Source: an uncultured virus (IMG/VR IMGVR_UViG_3300046536_000804) (taxonomy: Duplodnaviria > Heunggongvirae > Uroviricota > Caudoviricetes). From it: a stretch of DNA of 64,000 nt. Below, one piece after another: positions 29,001 to 41,118 of the stretch. Both the position numbers and the translations under genes were made by a program. Within the stretch, counting starts at the first letter, position 1; each line of letters begins with the position of its first letter. The notes beneath the pieces are model-generated. The model saw nothing but the letters and a program-made list of their open reading frames with translations, had not been told where the DNA came from and searched no databases. The DNA lies in IMG/VR virus record IMGVR_UViG_3300046536_000804; one strand, 5' to 3'.

Positions 29001-32000
29001 TTACCGGCGAAGTCTGCAGCGTTGACCAGGACAGCCTGGATGAATCGTAACCTGACCTCAGTATTGCCGACACCGCACCGTTGCCGACGCCAAAAGCCGC
29101 ACCGCCAATGCGGCTTGACCTTGCGACCTGTAGGCACTGAGTCGGCGGCGGGTGAGGATTCGCGACGGTAGAGTTCGATGTTCTGGGCTAGCGTCAGGAC
29201 CCGCGGCGCCATCTTGTTGAGCATGCTCGGGACGGCGAGCGGTTCCTTTCGCTTCTGGGCTTTCTCGATGTTAGCGAGAAGACGAGCTCGGAACGATGGG
29301 TTTGGATCGGTCGTCTTGGCGCCGTAGTTGACCATCAACGTGCTTGCACAGAAGAAGATGTTCAGCAACTGCTTGTGCAGAGCGATCTCCAGCGTGTTGC
29401 ACATTTTGCCGAACAGCGGGATACCGCTCGCGCCAACAAGACGATCGGCCTCTTCGCCACCTGCCGCAATTTTGGCGATTGACTCGTCCAAAACCTGGCC
29501 GGCCGTTTTGGACGAGTTCTTATCAACGATCAGACGTCCGGCCAGGCAAGCGCCGTCCGCCATCAGGATCATGGTGTAGAGTACGCCGATTTCTGGTTGG
29601 AAATGCCCAAAGATTGCCAGCGGTCGGTGATCGGGACGACTCTCACCGGCCTCCGTAGCCACAGCTCGCTGCTTGCCATAGTTCGACGGCAATTCAACAA
29701 CGAACGCTGGATACGGCTGCCGGTACATGTTCAGTGGAAAATTGGGATCCACCATCTCCATGACTTCGCAGTCGCGGTCAGAGGGGCGAAAGACCTTGAG
29801 ACCGTCGTTGAGGACGTGACCAATGCACAGGATGGTTGACAAACCAACGACGGATCCTTGCCCCATGATGGTGTGAATGAACTCGGTCTGATGCGTTGAG
29901 ATCTTCTCCCAGTTGATGGCAAACGCAGGCTCGCCGCGCTCGTTGAAGTTTGTGAAGAGGATTTTGTCGCGGATGATTTGGTAACTGCCCGCAACAAGCC
30001 CGTTGGACGGCTGCAGAAACTCCGTCAAACTACTGAGTGGCTGTGCCAAGGTACCGTCATCTGGAGGATGTTTCTCGCTTGTGGGTGGTTTGATCAGGGT
30101 GTGCACGCGTACTCCTTGCGTTGGTTAGAACTCGATGTCGCCGGTTATCTTCTTCCTTTTGTACTCCTCGTCAGCAAGACCGAGAAGCACGTCACCGCGG
30201 TTGATCCAGCGGTCGATCTCGTCTTCGGCAAAACCTTGCATGTAGAGATGGCCGATACCGGCTCCTTGCATGTGATTGCTCGCGATGACCATCCGCGGCC
30301 GGACGATTGCGTCGGCAAGGATGAGAATATGCGTTTTGTCCGAGCCGAACAGCATCGGCCTGCCGCCCGACGTTTGGAAGACGCCGGCAACTTTGTCACC
30401 GTCGCGAAGCTGCTGGACGATAAAGTTCAACGGGATGTGAAAGCCGTTTTCACCCATCGCGAGCTTCGTTATGTCCAAATTGATCATCGGATTGTCAGTC
30501 GACATGTTCGCACTCCTAGATGAAGTATTCAGGTTGAAACTTTTTGTTCTTGGCGATGTTGTCCTTAAACGCCTTCCAACGAGCTACCCTTTCAGCCTCG
30601 AGCTTTTCCACGGCGATCTCGTTGGCACTCAAGATCGGTAGCTGCTGATAGAGCCTATAAAGCTCTTCGCAGCGAGACATCGGAAGGCCGGTGAATCGAT
30701 GGATTTCGGCCGGATCAGTACAACCATCGAGAAGGTCTTGAATCGCTCGGTACATTTTTCTGAGATGCATTATCACTCCTCATCTTCGTCCCCGGTGGTG
30801 GGAGTGTGGTAATTCGCACACTCTTGACAGACGTGCTCTGTGGCAAACTTGTCGGACGATTTTCGTTCGCCACATAGCTCGCACTCATCCGCGTGCTCCT
30901 CGCAATAGTTGCTCTCGTCGAGTGGATAGAACCGATCACAGTAATCGCACTTCATCGGATACCAGACGTCGTGACCGGTACTGTTGGTATGCGTGTATTC
31001 CGGACCCCAGTGGTCGAGCTGGTTTGCCTCACACAACTTGTTGACGATGCTCTCAGTGACCCTGCCAACGATGGTATCGTTGGAAATGATCCAGATGGCC
31101 TTGATACGTCGTCCTGCCGCCGTGATAGAAGTGATCCGTTCGAGGTGGTCACATTCCTCGATCTTGCGCAGGCATTCGTCGGTTGCCTTCGTAAACATCG
31201 AGACGTTGACCGGCACCTTGGCTTTTGGTTTCTTCATGACTTGGCGTCTCCCAGCAGTTCTAGTTCAGTCATGAACAATTCGAGCCGATCGAAGAAACTG
31301 CGGAGAAACTCGAGTCGACCGGCGTTGGTGCGATCGATCGCGAGCAGACCCGTTACAATGATCACAAGATAGACGTCCTTGTCCCAGTCCTTTGCATTCT
31401 TCTGGATGTACACTTGCCATGCACTGAAATCGTCTCCTGGCTTGGGAGGTTCAATACCGAGTTGCTCCATGCCAGGCCAGATCTCATAGAAGAGCTGCGG
31501 CGTCAGTTCGATCTTGCTAGGATTCTTCATAGAAGCTCCGAGTGGGTTGTAAAGGTTTCGGTAATCTGCTTCCACTCTGTCGGGTTCGTGGCGAGAATCG
31601 TTTTCGTGACAACGATACACCGATTATGGATAACCGCAACGACCTGATACCCCTCGCCTGAACCGAGATTCTGAATCGTCTCGCCGACGCGTAGATCGGC
31701 AAATTCTTCGTTGGACATGACTTCCCCTCTGCGATTAGTTACCAAACCAGGCGTCTCCTGGTCACTCGGTCACACGTTCCTCAATGACACGAACAATCGG
31801 TTGCGACTGTGCCGGTACGATCGCTTCCACGACAGTGTCGCACTGCTCGATTTTCAACTTGATCTTGATCCGCCTAGCACCGGCCGGCATGTCGTTGTAG
31901 GCTTCGGTATACGCCATAGTCATCGTCTCGATGTCAACACCTACGGCGTACTGGCCATCATCGTCCACCACAACGAACACCTCGATCTCGTGAAAGGGCA

Positions 32001-32001
32001 T
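26010..32001 (-). other. Cluster of about 14 small hypothetical genes (e.g. 26413-27138, 27157-27732, 27732-28205, 28208-28492, 28485-28961, 28970-30106, 30125-30505, 30773-31237)
   Basis: Tightly coupled minus-strand ORFs with GGAG RBSs; several CxxC-rich; 28970-30106 ends in a PHWRxGFWRxQxxG motif common in phage hypotheticals. Confidence 0.7.
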
Positions 32002-32068
32002 ACTTCCTCCTGTAAGAGTAGAAACGAAAACAGCCAGCAACACGCTGGCTGTCCTGAATGGCCTACCC

Positions 32069-32098
32069 GTCGCACTGTATAAGCCCAGGCGAAGGCTT
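32069..32098. repeat. Solitary degenerate copy of the CRISPR-like repeat
   Basis: GTCGCACTG-TATA-AGCCCAGGCGAAGGCTT versus array repeat GTCGCACTG-ATTG-AGCCCAGGCGAAGGCTT. Confidence 0.75.
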
Positions 32099-32153
32099 AA
32101 AAGCCTAAAGGCACCCAAGCAATAATGCCGCAAAAAGCTAAAAAATTGAGGCG

Positions 32154-35100
32154 TTAATGGTGGACGATCTCCACCGGATCGCCGGGCTCTAACTCGCCCG
32201 CGTGCCACGCCCGCATCGCATCCGCCTTGGTTGCGAAGACCCTCGGCTTCTTCTTGAGCTTCGATACTGCGGTGGAAGCGTGCAGACCACCAACGAACTC
32301 GACGCTCGGTTGGTAGATCGGCTTCTTGAAGTCGGACACCGCCAGCAGATTGCGACTGGGCAGCATCTTCTGGGCGGCTTCCTTCGCAGCATCGTCATCC
32401 GCGACGACCTCGTAGTTCATCATGTCGCCATCGTTGTCGGCGTTGAACGGCTTGTAGACCAGCGGGCTCATCTGGATCGTGTCGCTGCGGGACAGCCGCG
32501 GGAAGAACGCCATGCGACCGAACTTGTGGAGCACCGGCGCCCGGCTCACCATCACCGGCCGGGCGTCCATCTCAGCGATAAGGGCACGCCGTGCGATAGG
32601 ATCTCGGTTCTCGACGTTCTCCAGAGCTTTGACCCGGCCGACCCCTTGCCGCACCAGCCGCCGCACCAGGAACGGCGAATAGACCTCCCAGGCTCGGGCT
32701 TCGGGCAGAGCAATCTCGTCCATGGATAGGTCCGGGTTCGGCGCCAGCACTGCCCGGCCAACCAGATCGAGAGTGGTGCCGAGCAGCTTGCGCTGGAGCG
32801 AGCCGTACTTCGGACTCGACCCGAACACCTGAGCCAGCAAGCCTTTAACGTTCCTCTCCTGGTTCTTCGGTTGAACTGGGTCACCCAGTCCTACCAACGC
32901 CTTGAACGACTTGTAGAGCGTTGACCGTTCCTCAGAGAGATCGTCTACCTGCCCGTGCAGATCCTTGAGGTTCTGATTGGCGTCGAAGACCTCTTTGTAG
33001 AGGTAGTTGGCGTCCGACACGAGCTGCTGCTTCGACTGCATCTGCGAGATCGGCCGAAAGATCGGCGGCAGCACCGGCACCTTGGTGAGCATCCAGTCGG
33101 CCGGAGTCAGGCCTTGCTTCTCCAGACCTTTGAGGTATCGCAGGCGACGTACGGCGGCGTCGCGGGCCATCTTGCGGCCGTTCTGAACGGTGTCACGCTC
33201 GTTGACGATTGCCTTCGGGACGTCGATCTTCTGCAGGGCGGCCTGGATCGCCAGCGGCCCGGTGCGGCCGTCCAGAGGTTCCTGGCCAGCCAGGACGGCG
33301 TGGAACTGCTTACCGGTCAGCTTGAGGAGGTAGCGGATCGGATCCTCGAAGACCGGGTTCGGCATCGGCTCGTGGAGCTTGATGTAGCTCCATTTGTTGC
33401 CGCCGTGGCCGCCGGTGAGGTCGGGAGCGAACAGACCGCCAGACTTCGGCTTCATGCCTTCCTGCCAATCAACCGTCTCGGCGTTCTTCAACTCGCGGTT
33501 CTCAGCGAGATCGTCGATGTGCTTGTCAGTCAGCGCCATGAGGTGCTGCTGATCGCCGGTACGGTGCACATTGATACCAGATGCCCGCAGACTCTCGATG
33601 AACTTGTGATACACCTGCGGCGAGGACGGAGACGGCGGGTTGAAGCCGGCCATACGCGTGGCCCAGTATTCCTGGTTGTTCTGCCCGCGGATCAGCCGGG
33701 CGTCGCGGAGAACTCCCGTGGCGCCGTGAGCGAGGATGGCATAGATGTCCATACCGCTCAGGCGTTTCGCAGAGCCGACATTACCACCGAGCTTGGCGGG
33801 AGCACCCTCCGACGTGTATGAACCAAGACCGCGGCCTTGGCCCTTAGACTCCACCTGGTGGTGAAGCTTCATGTAATACCGCACGCCGGTCGCAACGTTG
33901 ACGTTGTGACCGGTCTGCGGATCTTGCACAGTCTCCGCACCAGACATACCGTGTTTCTTTAGCTCTTGCTCGGTCCAGTCGAGAAGATCGCGATCAGCGA
34001 AGTCCTCGACGGCATAGGTCTTGCCCGTCTTGGCAGCGATCTTGCCGAGCCAGCCTTCAACCATCTGAGCCGGGTTGCCGCGGGTGATGATACCCAGCGG
34101 ATTCGCAAGCACCTCATAGGGTTGCTTGGTGACCGGATCGATCGGCATCTCGTGATCGGGGATGATGTGTCCAACGATACCCTTATCGCCGTACACCCCT
34201 GAGAGCTTGTCGCCTACCCGCATCGGCTGCACCGTCTTCACGGCAACAACCACACCCTTCGCCGTCGGCATCACGTCGGTAACGACACCGTCCTCGTCGT
34301 GCTCCCAGAGCACCGATCGATCGGCGAAGGAGCCCTTGTGGGAAGCGTGCACGGTCTTGTGGGTCGTGGGGCGTTCTGCGGCGGCGAGGATCAACGGATC
34401 ACCGTGCTTGACGATAGCACCCGGCTTGATGTAGCCGGCATCGTCAAGGTTGTTCAAGGTCTTCTTGTCGAACTTGCCGGCGAAGATGGCCGTGAAGTTC
34501 TTCTTGCCCAGCCGCTGATTGGGATCGAACTCGAGCTCGTGCTGGTACAGGTGTTCCGAGGAGAGCTTCTTTGCAGCCGACTCGGAGATCGAGGTAGCAT
34601 CTTCGAAGTTCTTACCAGCCCACGACATGTAGGCGGTTCGAAGGTTCAGACCAAGCGCCAGGTGACCTTTATCGTCGGTGTAGTTGCTCTTGGCCAGCAA
34701 CTGCCCCGGCTGAATAGGATCGCCCTCTTGCACAACGGGGGTGTTGTGCATCAGCGTCTTGCGGTTGTTCGGGAAGTTGTTGTAGAGCTCGTGCGTTTCC
34801 TTGGTGCCGTCGGCATAGCGAACCACGATCTCGTCCGGGGAGATGCTATCCACCCGGCCGGCTTGATCTTTCGCATGAATGGCGCCCATGTGTTTGCCGT
34901 GCTTCTCGGCGAACGACATTCCAGGCGAGCCAGGTATCTGCGAACGGACCAGCGGCGCCTCTGCGTTGAGCAGCGGCAGAGCCTGGACGAGAAACCGAGA
35001 ACCCATCGAGACGCGCTGACCTTTGGCGGCGTTCTTGAACGGCACCAGGTTGGTCACCGGGCTGAACCATTGCTCTGCGTGCGGCAGGACCAGGTCGACC

Positions 35101-36596
35101 TTCTCGCGTTCGACATATCTCGGCTTGCCCTTCACCAGGGCCTGCACGTGCGATTCGCCCTTTTCCATCTCGCCGGGGAAGGCGAGGACCATCCCGGTGA
35201 CTTCCTTCGGGTTCTTGTAGACGACCTTCTTGGTTGTCGGGTTGGTGTAGGGGGCGTACAGCCGGCCATCGCTGCCTTTACGGGCAGTGTAGGCAGTGCG
35301 GCTCTCCACGCCAGCCGAGAAGCTCTCGGGCGTCCGGATCAGGTCCAGGTAGCCAACGTGGCTAGGCAGCACGCTGCGGGCCTCATCGGGCACGGCGTCT
35401 GACGAGCTGATACCGCCGCGACCCAGGCGGGTGACCGCGGTCTGCTGATCGAGCCATTCGACTGGGTTGGTGTCTTCGAGTGACATCCCAAGACCGCTGT
35501 CCTGGATGGCGCCACGCAGATGTCGATCCAGGGCGTTGACCGGCACCGATTTCAACGAGCCGCGGGTCGAAGCACGCCAGAGGAGCTGGTGCAGCAGCAG
35601 CCCTGGCCGCTTCAGCCGCTCGGACAGCAGGTCTTCCGGCCCCATGACGTGCTGGTAGGCCAGGTGATCGCGGTCGTCGGTGTCCGCATCGCCACGATTG
35701 ACGGCCAGGAGCTTGCGAGCGACCGAAAGGATGGTTGCCTGATCGAGGTGCTGATGTCCTTGCCCTAACGTGCTCTTGTTGACGTCGGGATCGAATTCCA
35801 TCTTCGACAGAGCTGCCACGACGGCTCCGGCTTTGTCTGGTTCTTCCTCGCCAGCCTTCTTCGTGCGAATGAGCTTCTGATAGAGCTTATCGATCGCCCG
35901 AGGATCGACCTTCTTGGCATTGGCGGCGTACAGCTCGTTGCCCCACTCCTTGCGGAGCTGGTCATCGGTCATGCCGAACGCCTTGAGGACGGAGATCAGC
36001 GGGATGCTCGACTGGGCGAACTCCATCTTGAATACCCCGGTATCGGGCTCAAGACTGTAGCGATGGGACATCCCTTTGCCGGGACGAACATTGGCGTGCG
36101 ATTCCAGCTCGCCGTTCTCCTTCTGGCGAGTGTAGATGCCAGGGTCCAGACGCATCTGGTGCTTGAGGGAGTTCTGAGTGCCGTTGAGGATGAAGGTGCC
36201 GCGTTGAGTCAGATACGGAACCTTGGCGAGGGTGATCCGCTTGCGTTCGACCTCTTTGCCGTCGGCGTCGCTGAGCACCCAGGTGCCACGCAGGCGTCGA
36301 GCGGCAGTGCCGTTGCTGAGAATGAGCTTCTTCTGCTGCTGGAGCGAGAGATGCTCTGGGTCTTCGTAATCGACGTCGTGGAGGGCAAGCTGGAACCTGG
36401 CATTGGAGACCGGCTGGATCGCCTTGGCTGCGTCCAGAACATTGGTGTAGATCGCCTGACGTGTGGCTGCGGAATCACCAAAGTCTCGCATAGACAAAGG
36501 CTTTGGCGCCTCCGGTTCTTGCGGCTTTGGTTGAAGAGCCTTCAGAGTTGGCTTGGCAACCTCCGGGGAGGATGCCGCCGTGAGGATGCTTGGCAT
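32154..36596 (-). CDS. Phage RNA polymerase beta subunit fused to beta' N-terminal (catalytic) half
   Basis: Beta motifs GKNFEDA, VGDKLSGVYGDKG, NPLGIITRGN, YYMKLHHQV, KRLSGMDIYAILAHGA, then beta' motifs VPVLPPIFRP, LLGTTLDLVGR, RAPVLH and NADNDGD. Confidence 0.93.
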   Translation of the reverse strand: MPSILTAASSPEVAKPTLKALQPKPQEPEAPKPLSMRDFGDSAATRQAIYTNVLDAAKAIQPVSNARFQLALHDVDYEDPEHLSLQQQKKLILSNGTAARRLRGTWVLSDADGKEVERKRITLAKVPYLTQRGTFILNGTQNSLKHQMRLDPGIYTRQKENGELESHANVRPGKGMSHRYSLEPDTGVFKMEFAQSSIPLISVLKAFGMTDDQLRKEWGNELYAANAKKVDPRAIDKLYQKLIRTKKAGEEEPDKAGAVVAALSKMEFDPDVNKSTLGQGHQHLDQATILSVARKLLAVNRGDADTDDRDHLAYQHVMGPEDLLSERLKRPGLLLHQLLWRASTRGSLKSVPVNALDRHLRGAIQDSGLGMSLEDTNPVEWLDQQTAVTRLGRGGISSSDAVPDEARSVLPSHVGYLDLIRTPESFSAGVESRTAYTARKGSDGRLYAPYTNPTTKKVVYKNPKEVTGMVLAFPGEMEKGESHVQALVKGKPRYVEREKVDLVLPHAEQWFSPVTNLVPFKNAAKGQRVSMGSRFLVQALPLLNAEAPLVRSQIPGSPGMSFAEKHGKHMGAIHAKDQAGRVDSISPDEIVVRYADGTKETHELYNNFPNNRKTLMHNTPVVQEGDPIQPGQLLAKSNYTDDKGHLALGLNLRTAYMSWAGKNFEDATSISESAAKKLSSEHLYQHELEFDPNQRLGKKNFTAIFAGKFDKKTLNNLDDAGYIKPGAIVKHGDPLILAAAERPTTHKTVHASHKGSFADRSVLWEHDEDGVVTDVMPTAKGVVVAVKTVQPMRVGDKLSGVYGDKGIVGHIIPDHEMPIDPVTKQPYEVLANPLGIITRGNPAQMVEGWLGKIAAKTGKTYAVEDFADRDLLDWTEQELKKHGMSGAETVQDPQTGHNVNVATGVRYYMKLHHQVESKGQGRGLGSYTSEGAPAKLGGNVGSAKRLSGMDIYAILAHGATGVLRDARLIRGQNNQEYWATRMAGFNPPSPSSPQVYHKFIESLRASGINVHRTGDQQHLMALTDKHIDDLAENRELKNAETVDWQEGMKPKSGGLFAPDLTGGHGGNKWSYIKLHEPMPNPVFEDPIRYLLKLTGKQFHAVLAGQEPLDGRTGPLAIQAALQKIDVPKAIVNERDTVQNGRKMARDAAVRRLRYLKGLEKQGLTPADWMLTKVPVLPPIFRPISQMQSKQQLVSDANYLYKEVFDANQNLKDLHGQVDDLSEERSTLYKSFKALVGLGDPVQPKNQERNVKGLLAQVFGSSPKYGSLQRKLLGTTLDLVGRAVLAPNPDLSMDEIALPEARAWEVYSPFLVRRLVRQGVGRVKALENVENRDPIARRALIAEMDARPVMVSRAPVLHKFGRMAFFPRLSRSDTIQMSPLVYKPFNADNDGDMMNYEVVADDDAAKEAAQKMLPSRNLLAVSDFKKPIYQPSVEFVGGLHASTAVSKLKKKPRVFATKADAMRAWHAGELEPGDPVEIVHH

Positions 36597-36607
36597 GTGG
36601 CTACCTT

Positions 36608-39449
36608 CTACTGGTTCAACTTTTGAAGCAGGACGTCGATCTCGTCAGGTGTTGCCGCTTCACCGGTCCCACTCCTGAAGACGACAATCCCGTGCGGCTC
36701 CATGCCGGACTTGTGGAACGTGAAACGTTCGGTTTCTCTGGCCTTATCCAGAATAGCCAGGATGGCCGTGTCTGCAGGATTTGTCTCTGGCCTACCTACA
36801 CATCCAGGACATAGATCCGACTCCGGCCAGCCGAAGGTTGGGTTGGTTGGCGGACTACCGTGCGACTCGACCAGGCCACCGGTAACAACCCCACATACGC
36901 GACAACGTTGAAGCATGATTATCTCACTTGACAGACGGTTCGGTCGGCGACGCCTCGTCGATCTTGCCTTCGTATTCGACGGGCACCGGCCGGACGTAGA
37001 GTTCGGGCGGATTCTGCAGACCACGCTGCATGGCTCGACGCTTCAGGGCATCACGCAGAAGCTTGTTGCCGGAACGGCCTTTCAGCCAGCGGTAAGAGCC
37101 CAGGGCGGAGGCCAGACCTAGCAGGCCGGCGCCAACGCCGTACATGCCGGTTCCTTGACCAAGCAGCGAGTCAACATCAAAGCTGCGTTTCTCAGCAGCG
37201 TTTTGTACGAGACGATCGAAACAGAAGTCGAGGGCGTTCACCGGAGCCGAGGCCTCTTTTGGCGCCGCCAGATCGCGGAGCTTGTTCGGATCGTACTGGG
37301 AGAGCATCGCCTCGTCGTACTCTTTCTGGGCGGCCTCAAGCTGGCTGTCAAGATCGGCCTTCCGCTTGCGTCGGAGGGCGTATCGCACCAGTTGATGCCC
37401 ACCATACAGACCGCCAACGGTGGCAGCCGCCGCGGCTGGAATCGCCCACGGAACCGAACGAGGTGCCGTTTGGCTGTCACCACGCAGCCAGGAGGGTGAG
37501 CCGATGGTCGGCATCGGCGAGCCTGGTGTGGGCGACATCATCGAGGCCGCAGAACTGGCCCAGTCTGCCTGCTTGGCACTGGGACCGAGATCGGTCATCG
37601 AGTCGACTGCTTTCTCGGCCAGCGGTCGCACCAGCGGGTAGCTGGCGGCACCGGTGGCACTACCCAGCAAGGACGGCACAACAGTCTCGCCACCTAGAGG
37701 CTTGATCGAGACCTTGCGGCCGAAACCGACCGGCATCTTCGGCGGCTTCCAGCCCAGGCCGGGGACGCGTTTCGATAGCAATTTGCCAACACCGGCGCCG
37801 AGCAAGGAGGCCGGAACTGTGCCGATCGCACTGGCGACGTTGACCGCTGTGTCGTGCGGGTTCAGCTCGCTGACGCGTTTCCGAACGCGGGAGGCGACAC
37901 TCTTTTCTTCTGCAGCCTTCTTCTCGTCCTTGTCTTCCTTTTTCTTCTTAACCTCTTGCGGGTAAAGAAGATCCACGTCCGTCCGTAGAGGGTAGGACGG
38001 GATGGGTTTCGGACCGAATAGTTGGGGAAGATGGAGTGCAGCGGTCAGGCCGACGCCGCCGCCGAGGCCGAGAAGTCCGGCACGCAATGCGGTGCGAAGA
38101 GCCTGGGCTTTGGCATCTGCACTTGCAGCGACGAGTTCCGGTGACATGCTAGGGACATAAGGCTCGCCGGCCATAACACGACCTATTGAATACGACGTCA
38201 GGCCCGCCGAGCGGCGATGTGCCCATACGTCTGGCACCATTCGAGATACGCAATCAGATGACCGGTGTCCTTGTCACGGTGGCGTTCGCAAAAGACTTCG
38301 CGATACCAGCCGTTGCAGATCCGGTCCTTTATCTGAGTATACTCGGTGCGTTGAACCTCGTCCGATAGGTCGAATTCCTTGCAGTGAAAATCGTAGGCTG
38401 TCTCAAAGGAGTCTTCGAGCTCGTCTTGTTTCATCAGTCCCGGCCTACCGCGAACCGGCAGGCCGAACAGCCCAGGCCACGACAACTCGCTGCCGTGCTC
38501 CTCGCCTTGCTCGTTGACGTACTTGAGTAGAGACATTGCAAGCTTCTCTTTTCGTCTTTCACCCGACGAAGAGGGTTAGGCTCGTAGCGAAAGAGCTGAT
38601 CGACGCTCTCTTGCCTGGCGAGCGTAGTGCTGCAGCTCGTCGATCAATTCTTGCTTCTTGACATCGTCCTCGTCGACTTCCGGATTGAGGGCTTCGTTGG
38701 CCATGTGGGCAACCCCATAGCCAGCGGCGATCGGGGCGCCGATGGCCCCGAAGAGGAGAGCGTTCTGCGCGAAGTTCGTGACCGGCGACGCGAGACCGGC
38801 AGCACCACTCGCCAGCCCCTCAACACTGAGACCTCGCTTCTCGACGATCTCCGCGGCCTTCTGCATAGTGGCGGCGACCTCTGCGCCGGTCATGCCTGCA
38901 TCAGCACAGCGGAGCAGAAACCCGGCCTTGAATGCTTCTTTGCTGTTCATGCTACAACCTCAAAGATTTACCAGACGACGGCGGCCCGAACGCGGGCAGC
39001 TCCCCTGCTTTATCGTACCGACTCGCCTGGTAGATCAGGGAGTGCTTCCGCGCAGCCGCGGGGGCAGTGCCTGGCATGTGGACGACGTGCATCGCGTCGC
39101 TGCCGCCCAGGTAGATGTAACCGCGGGCGTTCCGACGGTCTCGATCCATTTGAGCGATAACCTCCGGAATGAATGGATCGCCTTGATGCCGGGCTTCTTT
39201 GACCGAAGCGCACGCGTTGATGATGAAGTTGGCCGTCTCGTTACGCTCGCTTGGATAGACGTAGCAGCCGGTGTCGACGTTCTTTTTGAACATCAGAATG
39301 GCATCGCGGAAGTCTTCACGCTTGAGAGCCTTGAACGATCCTTCCTGGTCCATACGTTCGGTGCAGATGCAACCGCCCTGCGCCCAGAACAGAAGGTTTC
39401 GGTAGCGGTACGTTCGACCACGCGGGGGTAGTTGATCAAGTCTGGACAT
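36608..39449 (-). other. Hypothetical genes (36608-~36916, 36924-38174, 38198-38536, 38576-38950, 38952-39449)
   Basis: Contiguous ORFs; Gly/Ala-rich hydrophobic segments and K-x-A motifs suggest virion proteins. Confidence 0.65.
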
Positions 39450-39524
39450 CGTGCAGTCCTTGGTAGTTGCTCTCTTTGACCCGAGGCAGAGGGTAAATAT
39501 AGCATACCAGCACTTGCAATGGCT

Positions 39525-39567
39525 AAAAGAAAAACAAAACCCCGACGCGACCAAGGTCGCGCCGGGG
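39525..39567 (-). terminator. Intrinsic terminator
   Basis: CCCCGACGCGACC/GGTCGCGCCGGGG hairpin with a T-rich tail on the minus strand. Confidence 0.7.
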
Positions 39568-39954
39568 CGGGGGAAGGGACAGATCACGGCACCCTTGTTG
39601 TCGGTGATTCTTGTGCAGATGCCGAACTCGGTAAGTTGTGACCACCTACCGGACTCTTCCCATTACACGTCTCCTCGTGGTCATCCGGATCTGGTTCCGG
39701 TTCCTGAAAGCCGAACATTCGCTTTAGCAATTGCATGTGCATCGGGTTGAGCTCGGCCGGCCGACCAGGCGACAATCCATGCAAGGTGACGGACGTACCG
39801 ATCAGGGTCGAAGACAAACCGACAAGAACCAGAACAACTGCGAGCAACGGGTAGTTGCTGCAACTGGCACCGGCAAGGAGGCCGGTCAAACAAGACACGG
39901 CAACCATACCGAGAAGAAACAAATGATCCCGCTTCATGCGAAAGTCCTTTCCCG

Positions 39955-39996
39955 AATAAAAGAAAAAGGGCCGAGGGCATACAGACCCTCGGCCCC
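39955..39996 (-). terminator. Intrinsic terminator
   Basis: GGGCCGAGGG/CCCTCGGCCC hairpin with a TTTTTCTTTT tail on the minus strand. Confidence 0.75.
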
Positions 39997-41118
39997 GAAC
40001 GAAGAGGCAACCCCTTCGCTGCTCCTTGCTTGCAAAAGAATCGGCCGGCTGGGCCTCTGACTGGCTGCGCAACAGGTGATCAGCACCCAGCCGACCGTAG
40101 TGAACTAACCGACGTCCGCCGCCTTGACCTGCGGACCGTCGTCGTCGTCGTCGCGAGACCGCATTGAACCGCGGACGGCGTCCGCGAATTCCTTGAACAC
40201 GCCAGCAACAACGTTGCCGGCTTGCTGGACGGATGCCTTCACCGACGGATCGATATCGCCCTTCATGTCTGCGGCTTCGGGATCATCCTTCATCGTGGCA
40301 ATGACAGCCTTGCGAGCCGCATACTTGCCGATGGTCCAACTGGCTCCGAGAACGAAGCCGGTCGCCGCGAGAGCGGCCGTGGTCTTGAGACCTTCAACCA
40401 GGAAATACGTGAACATCTTACAAGTCCCCTAACAATGACAGGTTGGTTAGGATCCACAACACGCGGATCCGACCGCACCGTCGTTTGCACAACGGCCCCC
40501 GCCGTTGTGAAGATCGCTCAACTAGCAAGTCGATTACCGTTCGGCGCGTTGTTGCTCACGCTCATCGTAATCTTTCAGAATTCTTCGCAACATGAAATTG
40601 CCAATAGCCTTGACGGCCTCATTGGCGGCAATCGCCGCAGCAACCGCAGCAGCAACGACTGCAATTGCTTTGACATTCTTTGACATGATCCCTTCCTCCT
40701 AAATAAAAAGACAAATCGAGAAAGTCACCCGACTTCCTCGCCATTGCGGCCAAAAGAAAAGACAGTCCGATCGTCAGCACAAGCGGATTCGCAGTCACTG
40801 CGCGCAGTGACTGCGGCCATACCTGTGCACGTCTTTAACCCGACGGTAAGGGTGCTCGTTGTTACAACGATCGGACTGCCCAAAGAAGGTGGCCGGCTTC
40901 GCCGCCCCCAGGTCGCCCAAATCCCAAGGGTTGCGTCGCCGGCCATTTGTTCGGAACCGTTATGATGATTCCATGCTAGTATGTCGCGTTTTCGCGACTA
41001 ATTTAGCCAATGCAAATGAACTCCCCAGCTTCATCGAGATGATGAGGCTAAGGTGTCCACACGCTAGTATGCCGCGTTTTCGCTGTAATTTTAGGTAACA
41101 GAAAACGAGAAAGGAGCC

